DNA from: Thermoanaerobaculia bacterium | GTDB lineage: Bacteria; Acidobacteriota; Thermoanaerobaculia; Gp7-AA8 | Reading direction: 5' to 3' | DNA length: 21,415 nt | Assembly: GCA_035688915.1 (NCBI GenBank) | Contig: DASSMK010000420.1 | Span: 1 to 21,415 of the forward strand | Shown: piece by piece, positions 17,931-21,415 of the stretch | How positions within the stretch are numbered: the stretch's first letter is position 1 | Layout: every line of letters begins with the position of its first letter | The notes under the pieces: generated by a model | What the model saw: the letters and a program-made list of their open reading frames with translations, nothing else | Databases searched by the model: none | Told to the model about the DNA's origin: nothing | Made by a program: the position numbers and the translations under genes

Positions 17931-17968
17931 AAAAACAAAAAGCCCCTTCAGCGCATGGCCGAAGGGGC
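17931..17968 (-). terminator. Strong Rho-independent terminator on the minus strand
   Basis: The minus strand reads GCCCCTTC - ggccatgcgct - GAAGGGGC followed by TTTTTGTTTTTGG. Confidence 0.8.
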
Positions 17969-17994
17969 TCAATCGAGAGCGGCTCTTATAGAGA

Positions 17995-18096
17995 CTAGCT
18001 CGTCGGCGAGGCACCTCCGGCACAGACGCCGGACTGGCAGCGATTGCCGCCAAGTCGCGCGTCGAAGCGCTCGATCGATTGCATTGAATACGTCAT
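17995..18096 (-). CDS. Candidate near-leaderless 33-aa ORF (MTYSMQSIERFDARLGGNRCQSGVCAGGASPTS), or alternatively a non-coding sRNA of about 170 nt, lying between a consensus promoter and the terminator
   Basis: The ATG (18096-18094) lies about 5 nt downstream of the predicted transcription start site. The stop codon at 17995 lies about 27 nt before the terminator stem. There is no Shine-Dalgarno, which is consistent only with leaderless translation. Confidence 0.3.
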   Translation of the reverse strand: MTYSMQSIERFDARLGGNRCQSGVCAGGASPTS

Positions 18097-18106
18097 AGGG
18101 TGGCGC

Positions 18107-18135
18107 ATAGTAGCGACGCGTACTGTACCTGTCAA
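18107..18135 (-). promoter_or_regulatory. Near-consensus sigma70 promoter on the minus strand: TTGACA - 17 nt - TACTAT
   Basis: The reverse complement of 18107-18135 reads TTGACAggtacagtacgcgtcgcTACTAT. The -35 hexamer is perfect, the spacer is 17 nt, and the -10 matches 4 of 6 with the invariant T and A positions in place. Confidence 0.55.
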
Positions 18136-18263
18136 TAGGAAATCATTGTAAGCGCGCAAAAAAATTGTGCGCTCCGTCACGAACGCCGCGTTCCTATCTC
18201 TGCAATCATGCGCGCCCTCGACGCCGCAGCGGTCCGCGGCGATCTCTCATCGAAAGGTCAGGA

Positions 18264-18875
18264 GTGAAGCGTTTTCTTTGTGTGGTGGCATTGCTTTGTG
18301 TGTCGGCCGGAGCAATCGGGGCAGGCGATGTGATGCAGCAGTTCGGATTCACCCGCGATCAGGCAGGCGAAGAAATCGCCTTCTCCCTCGGCACAGGCCA
18401 GCTCAGTCTCGATCCGCTGCGCGCGACGATGAAATCCGCCACGCCGGCCATGCGCGCGGCGATCGTGGAGCAGGCGCTGGTCTGGATCAAGGCGTATATG
18501 GCCACGCCGCAATTCGCGCAGAAATACTCGGCGTTTCGCGAGAACTACAAACCGGGCGAGCCGGGGTGGGAGGATCTCTCCGCCGACGAATTGAAGGAAA
18601 TGAAGAAGCAATACGCCGCCGATCTGGCGCAGTGGAATCAGGATTATCCGGCCAATAGCAAAGTGCTGCTGGCGCAGCGGCTGCGCGAGTTTCTGGAAGT
18701 GAGCGCGAACGTCGATTACAACGCCAAGCTGGTGCGCAGCGGCTCAAAGATGCGCTTCGCGAACGAGAATTACGAAAGCGAATCGGGCGAGTGGAAGCTT
18801 TGCTATCGCGCCGGCAAAGCGCCGGTGGAGAAGGCGCGCGCCTTCGCCAAAGCGTGGCTCGCTGAATTGAAGTAA
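18264..18875 (+). CDS. Secreted hypothetical protein with signal peptide (VKRFLCVVALLCVSAGAIGAG...)
   Basis: An N-terminal hydrophobic signal-like segment is present. A GTG start at 18264 is assumed, with AAGG 6 nt upstream. The track's upstream extension from 18165 is Arg/Pro-rich and is unlikely to be coding. No recognisable family motif was found. Confidence 0.6.
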   Translation: MKRFLCVVALLCVSAGAIGAGDVMQQFGFTRDQAGEEIAFSLGTGQLSLDPLRATMKSATPAMRAAIVEQALVWIKAYMATPQFAQKYSAFRENYKPGEPGWEDLSADELKEMKKQYAADLAQWNQDYPANSKVLLAQRLREFLEVSANVDYNAKLVRSGSKMRFANENYESESGEWKLCYRAGKAPVEKARAFAKAWLAELK

Positions 18876-18876
18876 A

Positions 18877-18992
18877 CGCGCGCTGTCATCCCGAGCGTAG
18901 CGAGGGACCCGGGCGGTGGGGCGGCGCGCGGCAGAAGCCCACAAGCTGCGCGCCACCACCGCCCAGGTCCCTCGCTCCCGCTCGGGATGACA
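18877..18992. repeat. Nested imperfect palindrome of about 115 bp: outer arms gcgctgtcatcccgagcgtagcgagggacccgggcggtgg / ccaccgcccaggtccctcgctcccgctcgggatgacaaacagcgc, and an inner GC palindrome ggcgcgcggcag...ctgcgcgcc
   Basis: Read directly. The arms are about 36 bp with one indel and about 2 mismatches. The element lies in the intergenic region between two plus-strand genes, and no U-tract follows. Confidence 0.75.
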
Positions 18993-19037
18993 AACAGCGC
19001 ATTCAACGGCGAAGCGTCTCGTCCGTACTATCGCTGA

Positions 19038-19889
19038 ATGAGACGCTTCGCCGTGGTTCTCCTGCTCCTCGCCGCCGTCGCCGCGCACGCACAGCCTCGC
19101 GACATGCGCATCACGCGCGACGTGGCCTACGGCAACGATCCACTGCAGCGCTTCAATGTCTACGCGCCGCGCAACGCGCACAACGCGCCGGTGATCTTCA
19201 TGGTACACGGCGGCGGCTGGCGCGACGGCGACAAGGCCATGCGCGGCGCCATCGACAACAAGGTCGCGCACTGGGTGCCGCGCGGCTTCATCGTCATCTC
19301 CGCGAATTACCGCCTGCTGCCAACTTCCGTCAGCGAGCAAGCGAACGACGTCGCGCGCGCGATCGCTACCGCGCAGCAACGCATCGGCGAATGGGGCGGC
19401 GATCCGCACGCCTTCATCCTGATGGGACACTCCGCCGGCGCGCATCTCGTCGCGCTGGTCGCCAGCTCACGCGCTCTCGTCTCCCGCAATCACGTGCAGA
19501 GCTGGCGCGCCGCGGTGATTCTCGACAGCGCCGCGCTGGACGTGCCGGGCCTGATGCAACAGCGCCATCTGCCGCTGTACGACGCCGCATTCGGCAGCGA
19601 TGCCGCCACGTGGCGCGCGCTCTCGCCGCAAGATGTGCTGGACGGCGCGCGGCCGCCGATGATGCTGATCTGCTCGAGCCGGCGTCGCGAATCGACCGAT
19701 CACGCGCATGCGTTTGCTGCGAAGGCGACGCGGTTGGGTACGCGCGTGGTTGTTCGCGAAGAAGAGAGATCGCATCGGGAGATTAATGTCGATCTTGGGT
19801 TGGAGAATGGGTATACCGAAGCTGTTGACGAGTTTATAGAGACGGCCGGGGGGCCTCCGGCGGCCGGGCCACGGGCCCGGACCCGTTAG
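19038..19889 (+). CDS. Secreted alpha/beta-hydrolase (esterase/lipase fold)
   Basis: A signal peptide MRRFAVVLLLLAAVAAHA is present. The oxyanion-hole motif HGGGW and nucleophile elbow GHSAGA are present. The last about 13 codons (GGPPAAGPRARTR) and the stop codon are encoded by a copy of the REP-like repeat. Confidence 0.8.
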   Translation: MRRFAVVLLLLAAVAAHAQPRDMRITRDVAYGNDPLQRFNVYAPRNAHNAPVIFMVHGGGWRDGDKAMRGAIDNKVAHWVPRGFIVISANYRLLPTSVSEQANDVARAIATAQQRIGEWGGDPHAFILMGHSAGAHLVALVASSRALVSRNHVQSWRAAVILDSAALDVPGLMQQRHLPLYDAAFGSDAATWRALSPQDVLDGARPPMMLICSSRRRESTDHAHAFAAKATRLGTRVVVREEERSHREINVDLGLENGYTEAVDEFIETAGGPPAAGPRARTR

Positions 19890-19900
19890 TGGGCCTAGCC
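19848..19900. repeat. Single-arm copy of the REP-like element seen at 5769-5939 (gggcctccggcggccgggccacgggcccggacccgttagtgggcctagcc)
   Basis: It is about 85% identical to either arm of the 5769-5939 element, including the 19-nt identical core ggcctccggcggccgggcc and the gggcctagcc tail. It sits between the convergent hydrolase and reductase genes. Confidence 0.75.
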
Positions 19901-19901
19901 G

Positions 19902-20924
19902 TTATGGCGTCGTTGTGCCGGGAACCGAGAAGACGAAGCGTGGGCCGAAGTAACGTGCCGGTGTGAAGGCGCCCGCGCGTGGCGCCGCGAGCACGCGTTG
20001 CACGGCGAGCAACGCGGATTCGACGGTGAACGCGTAGCCCTCACTCACCGTCAGCGTCATCGTTTTCTCTTCGCCGCGCGCGTTGGCGACGCGGCCCCAC
20101 AAGTACATCCGGTTCTGCGCGCGCTGCTCGGCGTTGGGGCCGGAGATCTGATTCGCGCGACGATCGAGATAACGAGCGATGGGACGCCAATTCGCGAGCG
20201 GCAGCAGCGGCCGCATCATGCGCATCCGCCGAATGGTCTTCGGCGATGTGGAGCGATAGACGCGAATGTTCGGAATGCCGGTGGTGTGAAACGCCGTCGC
20301 CACGTCGCCCCACGGAATGGTCATGGCGGTGCGCGGACCGGACGAGAACGGGATCTCGCGCACGTCGTACGCGGTGGGCACGCGCACGATGCGGCCATCG
20401 CGGCGAATGGCGCCGCCGTCGCCGATGCCTTCGAGCACCGTCTTCATCGTCCCGCGGCTCAGCCCCGCGCGCGGCGCGTGAAACGCGAGCTGCAGCTCAG
20501 TGGCGTCAGGCAATTGCTCGTGCAGCAGCGCGGCCAGGCAATCGGTCGGCACGACGTCGAAGCCGACACCGGGCAGCAGCGCCACGCCTGCGTTTTTCGC
20601 AGCGGCATCGCGTGCGAGCACTGATTCGAAGACAGCGATCTCGCCAGTGATGTCGAGGTAATGCGCCTTCGCAGCGAGGCAGGCGCGCACCATCGGCTCA
20701 CTCGTTCTGCTGAATGGTCCCGCGCAATGCAGCACGAGCGCGACGCCGGAAAGATCCGGCGCATCGACGGAAAAGATGCGCGATTCGAGTCCGAGCTCCC
20801 GCGCCAGCGGCTCGATTTTTTCCGGCGAGCGGCCGGCCAGGACAGGACGTTCGCCGCGCCGCACTGCTTCGCGCGCGATCAGCTCACCGGTGTATCCGTT
20901 CGCGCCGTAAATGAGCCACGCCAT
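19902..20924 (-). CDS. Saccharopine dehydrogenase-like NAD(P)-binding oxidoreductase
   Basis: The N-terminal Rossmann motif LIYGANGYTGELIAREA is present. LVLHCAGPF, AHYLDITGE and GVGFDVVPTDCLAA match the Sacchrp_dh_NADP family. Confidence 0.75.
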   Translation of the reverse strand: MAWLIYGANGYTGELIAREAVRRGERPVLAGRSPEKIEPLARELGLESRIFSVDAPDLSGVALVLHCAGPFSRTSEPMVRACLAAKAHYLDITGEIAVFESVLARDAAAKNAGVALLPGVGFDVVPTDCLAALLHEQLPDATELQLAFHAPRAGLSRGTMKTVLEGIGDGGAIRRDGRIVRVPTAYDVREIPFSSGPRTAMTIPWGDVATAFHTTGIPNIRVYRSTSPKTIRRMRMMRPLLPLANWRPIARYLDRRANQISGPNAEQRAQNRMYLWGRVANARGEEKTMTLTVSEGYAFTVESALLAVQRVLAAPRAGAFTPARYFGPRFVFSVPGTTTP

Positions 20925-20960
20925 CGCCCGATCGTATCGCGGATCGCGCGACGCAACGCG

Positions 20961-21392
20961 TCAGTGCTCCTTCACGTTCGTCTGCTGCGACGCCACGAGC
21001 AGCCATTTGCCACTGCGCTTGATCCAGAGGTGCGTGTAGCGCACATCGCTTTCCAGCCGTCGCACGCCCGCATCGATGCGCTGCACGAAACGGCCGGTCA
21101 CCACCGCGGCGTCTCCGTACACGCGCACGACGATGTCGAACGATTCGTACGGCAGCATGCGCTGCGCGGGATTGACCAGTTCGCGGATCACGTCCGCCTT
21201 TTTCTTCACCACGCCGTTCGCGCCGATGAGCGAGAAATCGTCCGCGAGATTCTCGCGGAACCAGACCGTGTCCGCCGTCCAGGTGGCGACCGCCATGTCG
21301 TGATCGAGCTCGCGCACAGCCGGCTCTTCCCGCGCGAACGCGGACGCGGCGGAGAGAACGACGAGCAGGAGGACCAGGGCGCGAGCGGACAT
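20961..21392 (-). CDS. Secreted NTF2-like / SnoaL-like (DUF4440-type) protein
   Basis: A signal peptide MSARALVLLLVVLSAASAFA is present. The fold signature is the small alpha+beta cone type (WTADTVWFRENLADDFSLIGANG...VTGRF...HLWIKRSGKWLLVASQQT). Confidence 0.6.
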   Translation of the reverse strand: MSARALVLLLVVLSAASAFAREEPAVRELDHDMAVATWTADTVWFRENLADDFSLIGANGVVKKKADVIRELVNPAQRMLPYESFDIVVRVYGDAAVVTGRFVQRIDAGVRRLESDVRYTHLWIKRSGKWLLVASQQTNVKEH

Positions 21393-21415
21393 TCCTTAAC
21401 GACGGTAGGACCGCT

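Noticed and set aside
18744-20650. ORFs 18744..19445 (-), 19391..19786 (+), 19998..20624 (+), 20246..20650 (+)
   Set aside because: They are antisense or off-frame to the alpha/beta-hydrolase and saccharopine-dehydrogenase-like genes.

Overview
This is a high-GC (about 68%) bacterial chromosomal segment. Content and gene style suggest Acidobacteria-like or another GC-rich soil lineage, but no lineage assignment is possible from sequence alone. It opens inside a type IV pilus motor cluster (pilB partial, pilT, pilC) followed by an orphan PilS-like sensor kinase. Housekeeping and accessory genes follow: ruvB, a minus-strand NYN/LOTUS - nadB - SAM-methyltransferase string, a UbiA-family prenyltransferase, class II (B12-dependent) ribonucleotide reductase nrdJ, a DinB_2-family protein, an SPFH/band-7 protein, a secreted hypothetical protein, an alpha/beta hydrolase, a saccharopine-dehydrogenase-like reductase and an NTF2-like secreted protein. 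Nearly all long ORFs in the six-frame track that lie antisense to these genes are GC-driven artefacts. No obvious novel multi-gene system (defence, secretion, biosynthetic) is visible. The unusual content is non-coding and small-ORF structure: (i) a GC-rich REP-like nested palindrome present at two gene 3' ends, in both cases supplying the in-frame C-terminal tail and the stop codon; (ii) a 145-bp element built from inverted tandem octamer arrays; (iii) an AT-rich island about 350 bp long holding NrdR-box-like palindromes and a sigma70-like promoter about 410 nt upstream of nrdJ; (iv) a 19-codon lysine-rich ORF with a perfect Shine-Dalgarno sequence; (v) a degenerate tRNA-like element with mispaired acceptor stem and apparent anticodon AAG; (vi) a compact minus-strand module of consensus promoter, a 33-codon near-leaderless ORF or sRNA, and an intrinsic terminator; plus several long perfect hairpins and palindromes in intergenic regions.
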